64,000 bases of DNA from Raillietiella orientalis (GCA_036172245.1 JAYWIR010000051.1:62001-126000); one strand, 5' to 3'. Positions 9,751-23,699 are shown, counted from the first letter of the stretch. Numbers and translations: made by a program. Notes: generated by a model not told the origin, from the letters alone.

Positions 9751-11569
9751 TCTATAAGATACTTATAGAAGATCCAACATTGCCATTATAAAGAGCAACC
9801 TTAGTGCGCCTGATAACTCGATATCTTCAATACTCAAGAGAGATGGGAAAGAGAGGTGATTACCCATAAGATGTTATATGGAACCATGAGAACAGTAACA
9901 ATTGGTCAAAAATACTTGAGCAATCAGAACATAGCTGTGTTCAGAACATAGCTGTGTGAAAGTATGAAATCAACCAACTGTAACATTGACGCCAACACAT
10001 TCCTGAGGCCACTCAAGAATTGAATTTTTTTTTGTATCCTGGCAATCTTTCAGACAGAATTATATTGAATGCTAGAAATTTACTGAGTACCAATCCACTG
10101 GTCTGTAAACATTTAAGTACACTTATACTTAATAAAAAAGATGGTACTTGAAATCACTATCAGATTATTCCAGCTCAGATTCTGAAACAGAAGCTTTAGA
10201 AACTATCTTTGGGATATAATACTGAGTATCTGGAAGTTTCTTTGTCAACAGTAATGACATAATTCACAATTTGTGAATTGTATCAACATTGGTGAATAAA
10301 TAGTTCTTCAATAAATGTCAACGGCTCACTACAGGGTAAGGATAGAGATTCGGCTCCAGAGATATCAAAAACAAAATTTCCACTTCAAATAATGAAACAA
10401 TAAGCTAGTAAGAACCAAATGAACATGACATTATAATGAATCCATACAGTAAAATATTCTCATATTATGCTGGCAAAATAACTTTTTAAAGTTGATTTTG
10501 TCTGATAACAGTTTCACAAAACAAATGTTTACTGGGGATTTTTCGAAAGATGGTTGATGATTACAATGAGAACCCTAAAGGCAATATAAATATGGGAACA
10601 CACATTACCAACAAGCAAAATACTTTCACCAAGGGGCATAAAATACCTGTAGTCCCACCAATACGGAAAAATTCCCACAAATCTTTAAAGTGCTGACCAC
10701 AAAGCAATTTACTTTGAATACAGCAGTGTGTTTCTGAGGATGATATAGCTAGCACTGATCTTATATTGTGTCATCAAAAATGAAAAATAATAAATCTAGA
10801 ATGCGCCAACTCTAGACAGACCATGGTACTGATTATGCTCATTGTCTACACATCTTTGTTTGTAGAGTCTTGAAAATCTAGAATACAATCTACGATTTTA
10901 CTTTGTGTCTAATACACTTTTAATGGTAAACTTAAGACTTCTGATCACCACTATTTTTCCAATCTGCAAATTCAGTGATCTGCACTAAATGACTGAATTA
11001 ACATTCGAGATACAATGGAAAAAAGCAATTAATAAAAACATGCATCCACTCCCACATATAGCAATCACATGTTACAAGGGGCAAGTATTTGTTGCAGGAT
11101 GAAAAATAATCATGCTGTACCAAAGTTCTAGGCTTGAGCTACGTCACTCAACTCTTTATTAAACATGGGACGCACAACAGAAACATAAGTCTTTGTTGCC
11201 CGTTCCTTTGTATCTTTATCAACAGTCTATCATTTGAGGTGCTCTTCTCAATGTAATGTACATTACCGAAAACATGGACTTTTTTGGTCCCTTCTGGATC
11301 TTTCTTGAGTAACAAATCACTTCGTATTTAGGTTACAGTTTCAGGGTACACTTTCCATCTTTAACATCATGAAGAACCTTCTGTGAACCTTTGATAAAAG
11401 ACAGATGATAAAAGATGATTATCGCAATTCCAGCTCCATATTAATAATAGAGTATGGTGTGAGAAAATGATCAATGATATGCAGAATTCAGTACGGTCCT
11501 TCTTATTTGTAGTGACCATTGAATTTCATTACACTCGACACACATACAAATATGAAATTCCTGGCTTAC

Positions 11570-12420
11570 GGTACTCCTACTTGAAATAAAATGGCAAACT
11601 CCTCACCCTGCTACTAATCGTGTGCTAGATCCCTTGGAATTATATTGTTCTCCTCTTTATTGGTACCTGTGAAGCATAAAATACAAAAAACAGCCCTCAC
11701 AATGGCTAGCAAGTGGCAACATAAACGCTTGAAATTCCACGAGCACCGACTGCAAATACAAACGCCATTCCCCGCATGAATGGCTAACACTGAATACACT
11801 GTGGTGATGAAGCCGAATTTTGAAACGTTTTCCTCTTTCGGCAGCACGAATGCGCGTAAGTAAAGCACAACTTTATAACGATTCGCCCTGAAACCACTTT
11901 CAGATTCAAAGGGCCCATCACACAGATTCACGCGGCCGACTCTACACGCAGTAGACCCGTTCCGTTTCTCGCGCGCGCGCACGCACACTTAAGCCCGGCT
12001 GAAAACATACCAAAAGTCTCCCCACTGCGTATTCGGAAAACCTATACACCTTACCTGCAAACGGGTTTCCCCTGGTTTCCCACGGGATGCACGCTCCACC
12101 GGTCCCACCATCGCGCTTCCGGCAAGACTGCCAACCTCGCCGGCCGCAAAATGGAGGTCAGAAATTCGAGAGGCACTCGCCAGAGTGTTGCGCGGAAGAG
12201 CAGCGGCCGTCGCCTGCATGCTGTCGGTTTCGGAGTCGCTGGATTCGGTCCTCAGGCCACAGACGTGTGCCTGCTCCTGAAGGTTGACCTCGTTTGCCAT
12301 TATTTTCCACTGGGCATTCATCGTGAAAATTGAAGTACCCCTCAATCCAGGAAGTCTGCTGGTGTTTCGGATGTCTTGCAGAAGCCTGAAACGTGGCACC
12401 CTGCAAATCATTCAGTGAAT
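11570..12420 (-). other. Candidate spliced 5' exons of a minus-strand transcript (5' UTR or lncRNA)
   Basis: Donor CAG|GTAAGG at 12054, acceptor TTTTATGCTTCACAG at 11667, and alternative donors at 11606 and 11569. The second exon has stops in all three frames. Confidence 0.3.
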
Positions 12421-15400
12421 CGTTTGGCTTTAGCATGTGATGTTAGCATTGACTAGGATGATGGAGACTTTCTTAGTGACCAGTCCGTGTTTTCGTTAGT
12501 TCTGTAAACTGCAGTTGAAAAAGGAAATTCATTTTTGTGCAGAATAACCTCATTCTTGACGATTCGCTGCGACTATGTGGATTGAATGACCTACCAGGAT
12601 GCTGTGAAATATAATTTCTGTCTCCGGAATTCAATTGCGAAATCGCAATTTTCTTTTTTGTTCCTTTTTTTCTTGTTGTTGATCCAAAAGTATGAAACCA
12701 GACACTTAACCCTTAACGGGATAAATTAACCCTCAAATCTAAACAAAACAAATTTGCTTCCTTCTTGTAAAATGTTCCATCTTTGCGAAAACGTCTTACC
12801 CATTTCTGAACATTGAACCAAGCAACGCATGCGTTCAAAGTCTGCAAAACCTTCAAAACTGTGTAAACAAGGTCATAACAGCAAGATGCAAGTTGAACAC
12901 TTAATGCCAATAAGAAGCCCTTCTTTATCCATTGTATTTGCGTAATATTTGGGCTGTTTTTTTTTAACAGACAGCATTTTTTCCAGGACAAGGATTACTC
13001 TCGAGTATCCACTACAGTTGAAACCATTAGAATCGGAAGTTGTTGGGATTAAGGGACTAAGGAAAAATAATCTCAGCTTCACAAATTCTGGATTCGTCGT
13101 TGGAAATTCGTGCTCAAATAACTCTTTCTTCTATTTAGTACGAGGTAATGAAAATTTTGATGAATCACGAGTAAATATTGATGATTTGTATTGTTTTTAC
13201 GGAATATTTTCATTTCATTTTACAGGAAAAATGTAAATCTATCGTGTTGAGAATATAAATGCAGGTGATTTTGAGCAATTTTACAATTGTCATCTTTGAA
13301 ACTATCGTGGCTTATAGTGTAAATGTAAACTGGAATCCTAAATTCTTAATGTAGACCCAATAAAGCACCATCCTTGTGTGTGTGTGTGCCACAGCTATCA
13401 ACTTTTATTCTACCCATGATAAGAATGCATACATATATAACAAGGAACTGTTTGCCCAATTTCATATCCGGAGCACTTTTGAAGTCCCTAGCCTTTTACT
13501 TTCCAAATTCATTAAACTGAAATATGTCTTGTCGTGCAGTTTATTTTCAGCATTCGTCATCTGCAGTACTGCAGCGTGGTACCTTAATATGAAACAATTG
13601 TAATAAATCTTTGGTTCTTTCCTCAAAGATTTTCGTGCTTAATCTTCTGTAAAGCATTCGTTTGTGAGATCTGTCTCCATACTTCTTTGTATACTTCACG
13701 AACTTTATCAAGTCGAGGATTGAAAAAGCACACACTCTTGAGGGAATCTGTTTCTCATTTACCAAGAAAAATAAGTTTAACAAGCGGATTCTCAGAGATT
13801 TTAACTTGTGTTTCGTGTTAAATGAATTGTTAAATTATGATAGAAATCCTTGAACGGAATTTGGGGAAAGAATCTAAACGGTGCTTTAAGACACTTTGTC
13901 CTTTTTCCGCAGTTGTGAAAAAAATACTTTTGGTTTTCAAAATGTCATCACCACAATGTTTGTTGAATCCAGTTCCCTCGGAAGATCAGCATCTCGTTCT
14001 TTCTGATCTTCCTAGTGAGATACTATCACAGTGAAAGAAATCACCTAGCGAAGAGCCCTTCCGTTTACAATTTATATGTAATTCATATTTAAATGAGATC
14101 CTGGTATTCTAAGGAGGATCTTTCAGTCTCTTATGAGCCTAATAGGAAATCGATTTTTGTGGTTTTCTTTCTTGCCTGTCACAGCTATGTGATTTGCATC
14201 TTTTTCGAATAAGAAATCTTCGGAGGATATTTCCGTACTTACAGGACTTGGATGCCAAAGGGATCAGCCTCGAAATCAGTGCTCCCCCAGTTCTCGAACT
14301 CGATTCGTAAAAGCATCTGCCTCGTTGGAAACTGCTGGACTAAGAAAAATGAGCAGCGGATGAGGTTTCTTCCTCTCCACATCCGATGATGTGAGGTGGC
14401 GATTCGAAAGCACGAGTTCGAAAATTCTTTTCTGCAACCCTCGTGCGAGAAGGGGAAGACCGGATTTCGAGCCACTTTTCCTCAGCTTTGAGAGTTCCCT
14501 GGTAGATATGTCGTTTCCTCGATACGAGAATTCGAGCGACTTTCCTCCTCGAATTCAGACATTTTAGTTTCCTCTATTTGAGCTTGAGGCTTCTCGGGCA
14601 CAAATAGAGGAAACCAAGATGTCTGAACTTCCATCAGAAATGCGGCAAGGAAAAGAACACGAGGCTTCTCATGTTCGTTTCCTTGACGCATTTCTGATGG
14701 AGGCTTAGACCCACGAACATGAATCTTGGGTGCGCGCATTCCTAGGGAATGCTGTCGAGGAAGGGTAGAGAGGGGAAGGGGCGGGAGAAGGGGAATCGTC
14801 GATGGACGATGGTGAGAGTACATTTTCCACGACTGCGCCCACCAACGTTTTCATACTCTGCGCTGCCAGGCCTATTTTCTACATCATGAGGACGACATGC
14901 TGATAGATGACACTCTGCTTGTCTGGAAGTCCACGTGCTGGCGCCAGGGACTAAGAACTCCCTGGCCGTTTGAAGTTGAGACTAGGCAGTCCATAAAAAT
15001 GGCAGGCAGTACTGGTCTCAACCGGGGGCCATGGTTCTCAGAGACCGTGTGGACAACTGTTTTCTCCCTCGAGAGCAGAATGCTCAGAACCTCAAGCTTG
15101 TGAAAGGAACGCGGCTGTTTCCGAAATCCATGCTGGACCACACGTTGCCAGTTCGCTGCAGAAGACTTTCAGTGTTGGACCTCTCCAAATCTCCACCGGA
15201 CTCGCATTAGCGGGCAGACTGCCAGGAAAGAAAAGCTGTCGCCAATTACACCCGTGTCATCTGTTGCACAAGGCGTCCACCTTCTCCATTTTCTCTGCGG
15301 ATGAGAGCACTCGCGAGTGATGATGGACGGATCTCAGGAAGGCTACTCGGCAGACCAGCACCCTTCCCTGCTTTCAGGCGCGGGGTGTTACTCCATGTGA

Positions 15401-17028
15401 TCTCCGCCGTATCGACATCCGGTCTTGGAGAGTCGCAAGCGGCCAGGCATGGAATAACAAGGGGACAGCAAGATTCGCCCCAGTGGAGATTTCTACAGGT
15501 TGCCTTCACCCCATTCGCCCCAGCTTCCCTTCTCAGAGAGACGCTTTCGTCCGCGCCAGGCTCCCAGAGCCGCGAAGAGCGCTCCTTCTGCCGCGTTTCT
15601 TCTGGTGGCCTCAGGTGAAACCTTGCGGGAAGTGGATCAAGCTCGAAGGCCACCGAGGTGTCCCTCCCTCGAAATCCCGACGAAGCCTCTCCTGAGGGAC
15701 ATCATCGCTCCGGGAGCAGAGATGAAGAGGGAAAACAGGAAAGGTATTCCAAGATCTGGCGAAGAAAGTGGAATAAAATCATGACGACGAAGCATACTGG
15801 AGGCACGAGGTTTATCCAAGATGCGGAGGCAGGGAAGAAAAGGAAAAGAGGCCAGGATGGGAGGAAGGTGAGCTGGGGCGGGAATGGGGAGAACAGAAAT
15901 GTCCAGAAAGAGCCATCCGCCGTTTCCCCTGTTGCTGCGATGCGAAAGCGCGGTGGTCATGCACTCTCCGAATAGATGGAGGAGAGAAGGTCGCGCGAAG
16001 TAGCATGGGTGCCTTCCCCCGGGATTCTAGGCAGCAGATCAGCAGCCAGCGCATCTCCTCGCTGGACCTTCTCTCGAAATCCCCTTAAGCGCAAGCTCCA
16101 GACGGCAGTTTTGACGAATTTTTGACCTCATTTTCTTCTCTTCCTCTTCCCTTCTTTCGTCTTCGCTGAGAGCCAGCAGGCTCGCTGAAGGAGGGGAAGA
16201 GGGCACGTTTGGCTCTGCGTGTTGGCGGTCTGATCCCCAGTCCCATGATGAACATGCTTTAGCCGGCCTCAGGAGTCGCACCGTGAGACCCCGTTAGGAC
16301 CTTCGGACCTACTCGACGAGGAAAAGGAAGACGACGAGCTACAAAGAAAGGAGAGGATTGATGTTGCCGAAGATTGCGTTTCCATCTTTCTCTTCTAGCA
16401 AGACTGGGAGGGGTTCCCGCGGACTGATCGCCACACCAACAGGGGGACAAGCAGATCTGATGCAACTGCATCCAGGAGCGCTCCCTCTCGATTTCATCTC
16501 CTCTGGTTTAAGGAAGGAAAGAATATCACTTTCGTTTTCCGGTGGCTTGCCTGCAGCAGCCCTCCTCCCATGCGGACAGAAAAAACTCTGAGAGCGCACT
16601 CGCATGCCCTTCGCTGAATACCCGCACCAGCGTCCTCCGGAAAGCAGCTGGCTGCCCGGCCTGTCAGTCACAGGCTCTGGTGCGAGGACGGACGTCTCAC
16701 CGGAGGGCGCTTGAGAGAGAAGGGCCCCTTCCCCCAACGCGTCAGGCGCTTCCAACTCCCGTGACAGCCCATCGATACCTTTGCCCCTCTCTCCACGCCC
16801 CGGAGGGAAAGGGTGGGAAAACGGGAGTGAAGGTGCACCTTCCACCGCTTTCAGACCCATCTCCCCGCGTCGGAGCTATGGTCCATCTCGCGTCCACCCC
16901 AGTTCGAACCACTGCACCGCACCCTGCGATAGGATGGTTGGGACTGCGAGTTGCCCCCCTGGACATCCTCTTCGGCGCCCAGCGCCTCTCCTGCGCCCAG
17001 CAGAAGACCGCCCCAGAGAGGAGGAGGC

Positions 17029-17118
17029 GACCAGCGAGCCTGGTATCCGGTCTCGGGTGCAAGCTGGGGAAACGGTGCCGAGGGGCAGCTCCATGAGGTC
17101 ACTGAAGCGCTGCTGCGA
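17029..17118 (+). repeat. Short dispersed repeat, copy 1 (copy 2 at 20101-20171)
   Basis: Shared core GAAACGGT..CCGAGGGGCAG..CCAYGAGGYCACTGAAGCGC. Confidence 0.7.
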
Positions 17119-17233
17119 ATGCCTTCGCGGAACCCCAGTGCGTGCTTTCTGCATGACGCGTGTACACAATATATAAAGCATCGCACGCGTGCGTGTACTC
17201 CGTCATGCATGTAAATACAATATGAAATGACTC

Positions 17234-17935
17234 GTGGTTTAAAAGTAAGAGGGTGCTGTCATCCCTGAGTGCCAACATTCACGCACCCACGCATTTTACG
17301 CACGCGCACATTGGGTGTCCAGCTCCCGTAAGAATGTTTGCAGCGGCAAGTAGACACCTGGTGATGTTGCGTCCCAGAATGCCGTACACGAGACATTTCT
17401 GCGTGCGGAAGACTGGGGTGGAGCTGCGCGACGACTGAGTCTCTCGGGATCTTACGCAGCTGGTGGATCCGTGTGGTTACTGAGCACCATCCGAACTCCG
17501 CGGCCGTCCCGCGCTTGCCTTGCTGCCGAGACACTCCAGCCGTAGAACATCGAAAGCTACCGCATCCTGCTTCACCTGCCACTGTCCACCCTTGCAACCG
17601 GCTGGATTTCTCCCTTCTCCCTTTCCCCCCTTCCTCCCGCTTTCGGGTGGCCTCCTTCCCGGCGCGCGCACTCGCGTCCCAACGCCCAGCTGGCTCTCTT
17701 CGGGTCATTCTCTTCCCTTCGCATGATCCCCGACCTCCGCAAGGTCATCCACGTTCTCTCCGAGAACGAAAGGCGGAAAAATGGCGACGACGAGGGGGTG
17801 TCGTGGCGTCGCGGGAACGGCCGGCTTCCTCGGCCTGACGGGATGGACCCTGCGAGCTCCGTTGCCATGGCTCCGGGACCACCACCGGCCGCTTTTCGGG
17901 CGGAGCGCGCGCGCAAGACGTGCCTGCTGACGGCT
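17234..17935 (+). repeat. About 700-bp near-identical repeat, inverted relative to 52843-53544
   Basis: Direct reverse-complement match with only scattered substitutions. The ORF track gives near-identical mirror ORFs (17473..17838+ and 52940..53305-). Confidence 0.95.
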
Positions 17936-20100
17936 TTCTTCGTGGAAAACCTGGGGCGGGCCGTGCGAATTCGTGATCCCTTGATGAGATTCCTCTGCGA
18001 GCGCTCAGCACGCAACGTGTACGTGCCGTGTGCATGCCCAACACGCGCATGCACACAGTCGAGAGGGCTTCGTGAGTCCTCCGAGGAAAGCCCTGAACCC
18101 TTTCGGCCTGCCCTTAAGAGAACCCTTACCGTCCTCGCCAGTGACCACCTGCAACCACTTCCTGCAGCCTGCTCGTTCGCAAAGACCGTCTCTTCCAGAG
18201 CATCAGCTTATTCTCTGCTCTTCCTGTCCACCGCCCTTCGAACCGCTCATGCCCAACACGCACGCAAGAAAAGACGGCTATCTGGAACTGAGATTCCAGC
18301 GTCCGAAATTCGCCTTCCCGCGAATCTGGTCTTCTAGGCACCCGTCTGATGCAGGCATCCCATGCTGCTCGGAAGACCCTTTCGAAAATGTCCCTAGGGA
18401 AAAGAGGACCCGCGAAGCACCTGAGTGATAGCGGTTTCGGGACTCCGTTCCCTTTTCCTGTTCCTGTTCGAGCCCGCAGAGGTGGGGCCTGGATCCCAAA
18501 ACCTTCGAAGGCGCATGTATGGACGAACACGGAAGGAGGAGGTAGAAAATCCCCGTGCGCTGGGGTTTCCAAGGGAACGGGATGAGAGCTACACGGATCA
18601 TCTGGCTCTGGGGTGGTCTGCTTTTGGGTGGCGCTCTCGGGCTTCTGCGGAGGGCCGCCATCCAGGAACCGGATGGCGTTCTTGCCGTTTTGAGGAGTGG
18701 GATAGATGGGCGCCTTCAGCCACCTGCCGCCCCATCAGCTGTGACTTTGGGCGAGGCGTAGCAACGGACGGTCCTGCTTGGATCGAGAGGGGTAGGCAGG
18801 AAAAAAGGAGGTCTCTTGCTGGAACCTGATGATTTACGGGTTCCCGAAAGGGAGCTCCCGTGAAACATCCGCCCGGGAGCGAGTACAGGCGCCAAATTCC
18901 CATCCTAAAGGCGCGGATTTACGGGCCCCATAAATCCCGATTTTTCATCGCTCCCTCACGGATTTCGAATTCCTGTTTTCTTCTTCCTCTTTCCCTTATT
19001 TCCGGTCGGGTGAGCGGCGGACGAGCAATAGGTCAGAAAAGGAGGAAGAGGAAAGTCGGGGAAAGTTTTCCAGGGTTTCTGGAACGCTTGAAGTCTAGGG
19101 AGAAAATGAAAAAGCGGGAGGAGAAACGAGGAGGGGGCGCAAGAAGGGATGAAAGGAGGAGAGCGAAGTGGTGAAAAGGGAGCAGAGGGAAAAGGGGAAG
19201 CTACCAGTTTGTAGCCAGACTAGAAGGATGGTTCGGTAGAGAGGGGAGAGGATCCCGCTCCTGTCTCTCCTCCTCCTACTACTACCCTCCTTTGGAACTC
19301 CTTCCTTCTGTTCTTCTATGCTGGTTGCTTTTCGGCTGGTACGTGGCCAGGGGAACCTCCTCTGTCGAGGAGGGAGAGATATGAAGGGGAGAAAGAGACC
19401 CAGAACCATGCTCAAAGACTCGCAGATCCCAAACTCGGGAGGGCGAACTTGCCCTGCGGCGGGCAGTCCGCACCGAAGGTCCTCTTTCAGAGGCTCGGAC
19501 CACGACGGACCGGCCAAGAAACCATGAGGCGCATCCCAAAAGTAAGGGTCGATCGGATACAAAAAAGGAACAAGGAAGAGAAACAAAAATGTATATTGGT
19601 GGTTCGAAACACGTATATCCCTACGTCATTTTTGCAATTGGTCACCATTGTTTTTCAAACGCTTTTGACACGGTGAAAGAAAGCTTTTTTCAACCCTCTG
19701 CATGAAATTCCGCCACCTGGGAGTTCAGCCGGTTCAGCAGCATTGCAGTTTCAGATCCTCGCTTTCCCCATGGAATCGTTGAGCCACTTTCTGAGGTGCA
19801 GTAAACGTGGTAGTCACTGGGCGTGAGGTTACGACTGTAAGGTGGGCGATCGAAAAGTTCTCATTTGAATTAGTGAATTATTTGGACAGCATGTGTTGCC
19901 AAGGAGCGCGCTATCGTGAAAAAGACCAATTCCTGATCTCAGCATTTTATGTCATCAGTTCTGAATAACACACCATGGTTCTGAAGTCCACCAAAAGCGC
20001 ACCCTTTTGGTCCCACACGTTGCTGTTCGCACATTCCAGACAGCCCACTAATTCAGTGAGCCCGTTCGGTGTGGGCCCCCGGGAGTCCCCGCCGCCCCCG

Positions 20101-20171
20101 CGACCAGCGAGTTTGGAAACGGAAACGGTCCCCGAGGGGCAGTCCCACGAGGCCACTGAAGCGCCCCTGCG
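20101..20171 (+). repeat. Short dispersed repeat, copy 2
   Basis: Matches 17029-17118. Confidence 0.7.
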
Positions 20172-20619
20172 ACGCGCGCTCGCAACCCCTGCTGCTACGG
20201 ACCGACCGATCCCGAGGGCGCGTGCCGAAAAGTCGGTCCCCGAAGCGAGCGCGCTCCTCGTTCCGTGGGAGGACCCAGAAAGGCGGGATGTTCACGGGCA
20301 ACCGGGTAGGAGGAGGCGCGAGTGAGGAAAAGGGATCGCGAAACGGCCTCGATCCTGGAATTCCAAAAGACTCGACGCACGTCTTTGAGCGCGACTCCTT
20401 GAGCCACCCGCGTCGTCCTTCACTAGACGATGGACCCGGCAGCATCCTCGATCTCGTAGGTCACCCCTACCCTCACAGCTTAGTAGCGCCCTCCTCTTCC
20501 TCTTCCCGTCGGCTCAGGAGCGACGCACCGAAGAGCGCTCTTTCGGGCGTTCCGCCAGGGGCCATCTGCTTCCTTCCTCGGATGCATTCGCACAGCTTCC
20601 AGTCGGCCGATCTCCGGGG

Positions 20620-21005
20620 TAGAGTCCAGTGCCGGAAGGTCCCACAGGAACAGGGGTCCCCTGCGGGCAGACGAAGGGGAGCTGAAGGCACTGGTGTTGA
20701 CTATTTTGCGTGAGGAACCAGCGGACTAGGAAGGCCATGGTGCGCGGCGGCAAAGCCAACTCGCCCAGATATTCCTCCAGGACTGCTGATGATGGTGCGG
20801 GAGTGGTAGGACGACCGCCCCAGCTGCAAATCAGAGCCAGAGATCCAGGAAGGGCAGAAGGGCTGACTGTAGAAAAGAGGCTGGGCTCACCCAGACGGTC
20901 GCTTGACAACAGTTGAGCGGGGAGACGCGCCAATGCCTGAGAGGGGTGGCACTTCAGCAGCCTGAAGTCCAGCAGCCCCTTGGAAAAGTGAAGCTTCTGC
21001 ACTCT
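20620..21005 (-). mobile_element. Possible decayed hAT transposase C-terminus
   Basis: LLDFRL ... VLEEYLGELALP ... RWF..NSQHQCL ... FVCPQGTPVP follows the order of the hAT motifs LDPRFK, EL..YL.EP, WW..N...P.L and YL.IPATSVPSE. Weak similarity judged by eye. Confidence 0.35.
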
Positions 21006-21661
21006 GCGGTGTGCCGAAGGAACCCTCGGCCGAGGAGGAGCGATGACGCTCGGCAGCGAAGGGGTTGGGGGCTGGTACCAGAGGCCTTCATTTCGTCGTC
21101 ATCTTTATGGAGTACCAACGGACTCTGCTCGTGTCCCCAGAAACGACGCAGACCGCTGAAACCGCCAAAAACAGTTCCGGCGGCTCCCGAATTCTCTTGG
21201 GGAACGACTCAGGGTACCCACTCAAGATGGGGTTTCCTGCCGCGGGGCCGCCTGCCGGGTATCGACAAGTCCGCACCTAGCTCCCTCGCCGCGCACGTGC
21301 CGTCCACCCTGATGAAGCGAGCACGTGTGTGTGCGTGCGTGCGTGTACGCGTGCATGCATTGCCGCCGCGTTCTCTGTTCCCGGAGTCCGCGGAAAGGTT
21401 TGGGGGGAGGAGGTTTAGGCGCTCTGAGTGGAGGCGGCGGCAGCGACGGCGGCTTGCGCTCTCAAGCCGACAGGTGCAGCAGCGACTCTTCAGTACCGGG
21501 CGGCCGCCTCTCCGCGAGTGGCGCGCGCGCCGGCTGTGAGAGACGCTCGGCAGGCAGCGGGCCGACGGCGAGGAGACGCTGCGCTCCTGCTGCTGCAGCC
21601 CAGACAACGCCGCCGCCGCCGGGGCAAATCCTCTGCGAGCGGGCGGGCGAAAGCGAGAGCC

Positions 21662-21858
21662 ATGGCGACGCCGGTCGTGGTGCACCTCCTCCCCTTCCTC
21701 CTTGCGGGGGGTGGTCTGACTTCGGACGCCGCCGCCTCCGCTCCCGAAGGTCAGCCATGCTACCGGACCTGCCTCTGCAAGGGGACGGAAGTCACGTGCT
21801 CAGGAAGGAGGCTGGGCGCCTTCCTCGGGTGGCCGCCCAACGCGCCCATCGTCACGCT
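21662..21858 (+). CDS. rk: Type-B LGR (rickets/bursicon-receptor-like) exon 1: signal peptide + LRRNT
   Basis: MATPVVVHLLPFLLAGG...CYRTCLCKGTEVTCSGRRL..PPNAPIVTL has the LRRNT cysteine pattern. Donor CT|GTAAGT, phase 2. Confidence 0.85.
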
Positions 21859-23699
21859 GTAAGTACCTGCTCTTCGTTTTCCTTTGTTTGTTCTGTATCG
21901 TTGCTCATCCTCCTGGACGCCCCACCTCGCCACACGGGGAGATATATGCCCGCGATGTTCCCTTGGCCACCCCTCGGAGGAGGCGGCTTGGGAGGAGAGG
22001 CACGCACTCCTTTTCCGTCGGCCGCTTCCCGTCCCACGTCCCTGTACCGCCTGTACCGAGAAGCCGCACTGACCGGCGGCGGTGGTCGTAGGGAGCTCCC
22101 TCGTGAGGTTTTCGACTGCCCATAGGGGTGAGGGGCAGGGGGCGGATAGGGGGACGGAGGGCGAGTGCTTCTCTCGGAGCGAACAGCGAACCCGCGCTCT
22201 CCCATCTCGGGTAGGAAGAGGGGGAGGGAGTGAGGAGTGAGCGAGTGGGTGCCAAAGACCGAAGCCGCCGGATCCTCCGCGCCACATCTCGTTGGCGTTC
22301 CGGCCACGCCAGAAGCGGCGAGGAAATCCCACGCTCCTCTTCCTGGGAGGACAGAGCCTACTCTCTCCCCCAGCCCGTCCCGAGACAACCGCGAGGGGAG
22401 GTTTCCGGGACTGCGTGCCCTCCTCCGCTCATCAAGAACCTTCTTCCAGGAGACCTGCGCTTTCGCTTCTTCCTCCCTCGTTCTCCTCCTTCGGAGCGGC
22501 GTCCTGGAAACCACTCCTGCAGCCCAGCTTCATGACCTGCATCTCCGCAAGCTCTCTTCTTCCCTCCCAGTCGCCCTGCAGGGTGCAGTGGGATCCCCAT
22601 GGCGCGACCGCTTCCGTCTCCCGCGCGCGATGTCGAGTCCATTAAGGAACCGCGAGCTCCCCCTTCCCCTGTTCCGGGAGCGGGAGTCCCCTTCCTCCCT
22701 CCCTCCCTTCCCATTAATTCTGCCTCGGGAGACAGGGAGGCTCGGGAGTCACCGGAGAGCTCTTCGTGCTGGACCCCCGAATACTGAACCCAAGGGATAG
22801 GACGAAGAGGGGAGGGGAGGGGTCGAAAGTGCTTCGCAGGGAAGGGGGTGAGTTCCAGACAGATACTGTGCCAGGCCCGGGAGAGGAGAGCACTGATTCG
22901 AGCAAAAGGGACTCTTTTTCCGTCTCTCCCTCGCCGTTTCCGGGACGCAACAGCCTCAGTTGTTAGCTCCTCTCCTCCCCTTCCCCCTTCCTTCCCTCCC
23001 TCGTCGCCGTCTCCGAAAAAGCTTGAGACGCCTGTGAGGCGAATGTGACAGGCGTCACTGCATCACCACTGATGCTATGGCGCATCTTCTGGGAAAAGAG
23101 GGGGAGGAAGGAAGGCCGTGCCCGCTTGCTCTCCTTCCCCCTACGGGTCGAAGCTCAGTTCTACTCGGAAACCGAGAGAGTTCGCGGTCGCGCACAACCA
23201 GAAGTGCGCCCGCGTGCAGCCTCCATGGCCTGTTACTGAGGATAATGACAATGATGATTACAGCTTTGCTGACGGTTTATCATCCGATTGCTCCGGGGGC
23301 GACTCTGATGATGGTGTTGGAGTTGGTACCGTCGCAGCTCCCGCCAGTCTCACGCCAAGAGCGAGGGAGGAGGAAATGGGGGAGTCGGGGAAAGGCACGA
23401 TCGCCACGATCCTCGGTGCCCCCCGACCCATACAGAGGAGGGCCGTTCGTTGCCCTCCGCCACCGCCACGAGGCTCTACGGGCGGCGCACGCGAGCGCCC
23501 ACCCCCGTAGGAGTAACCCCCGTGTTTCCGGTTCCAGGAGGAAGGCAGCTCCCGGAGCGACCCCGCGGGAAACAGTCTTCTTCTCCCACCTCTCCCCCGA
23601 GAGGGAACGCCCTGCAGGGGACCCTGCGAAAAATAGGTTCCTCCCGAATCCTGTCCCCTCACTCTTCCCTTCCTTCCTCGACCTACTTTGACTTGGGAT

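Noticed and set aside
9924..9957. 17-nt tandem duplicate, and small palindromes near 10261-10279 and 12632-12650
   Set aside because: Isolated and expected in AT-rich DNA; no CRISPR-like array.
16870..16918. B-box-like GTTCGAACC
   Set aside because: No cloverleaf or convincing A box.
21428..21661. In-frame upstream extension of LGR exon 1
   Set aside because: Non-ATG start and Ala/Arg-rich sequence; ATG 21662 has good context (GCCATGG) and directly precedes the signal peptide.
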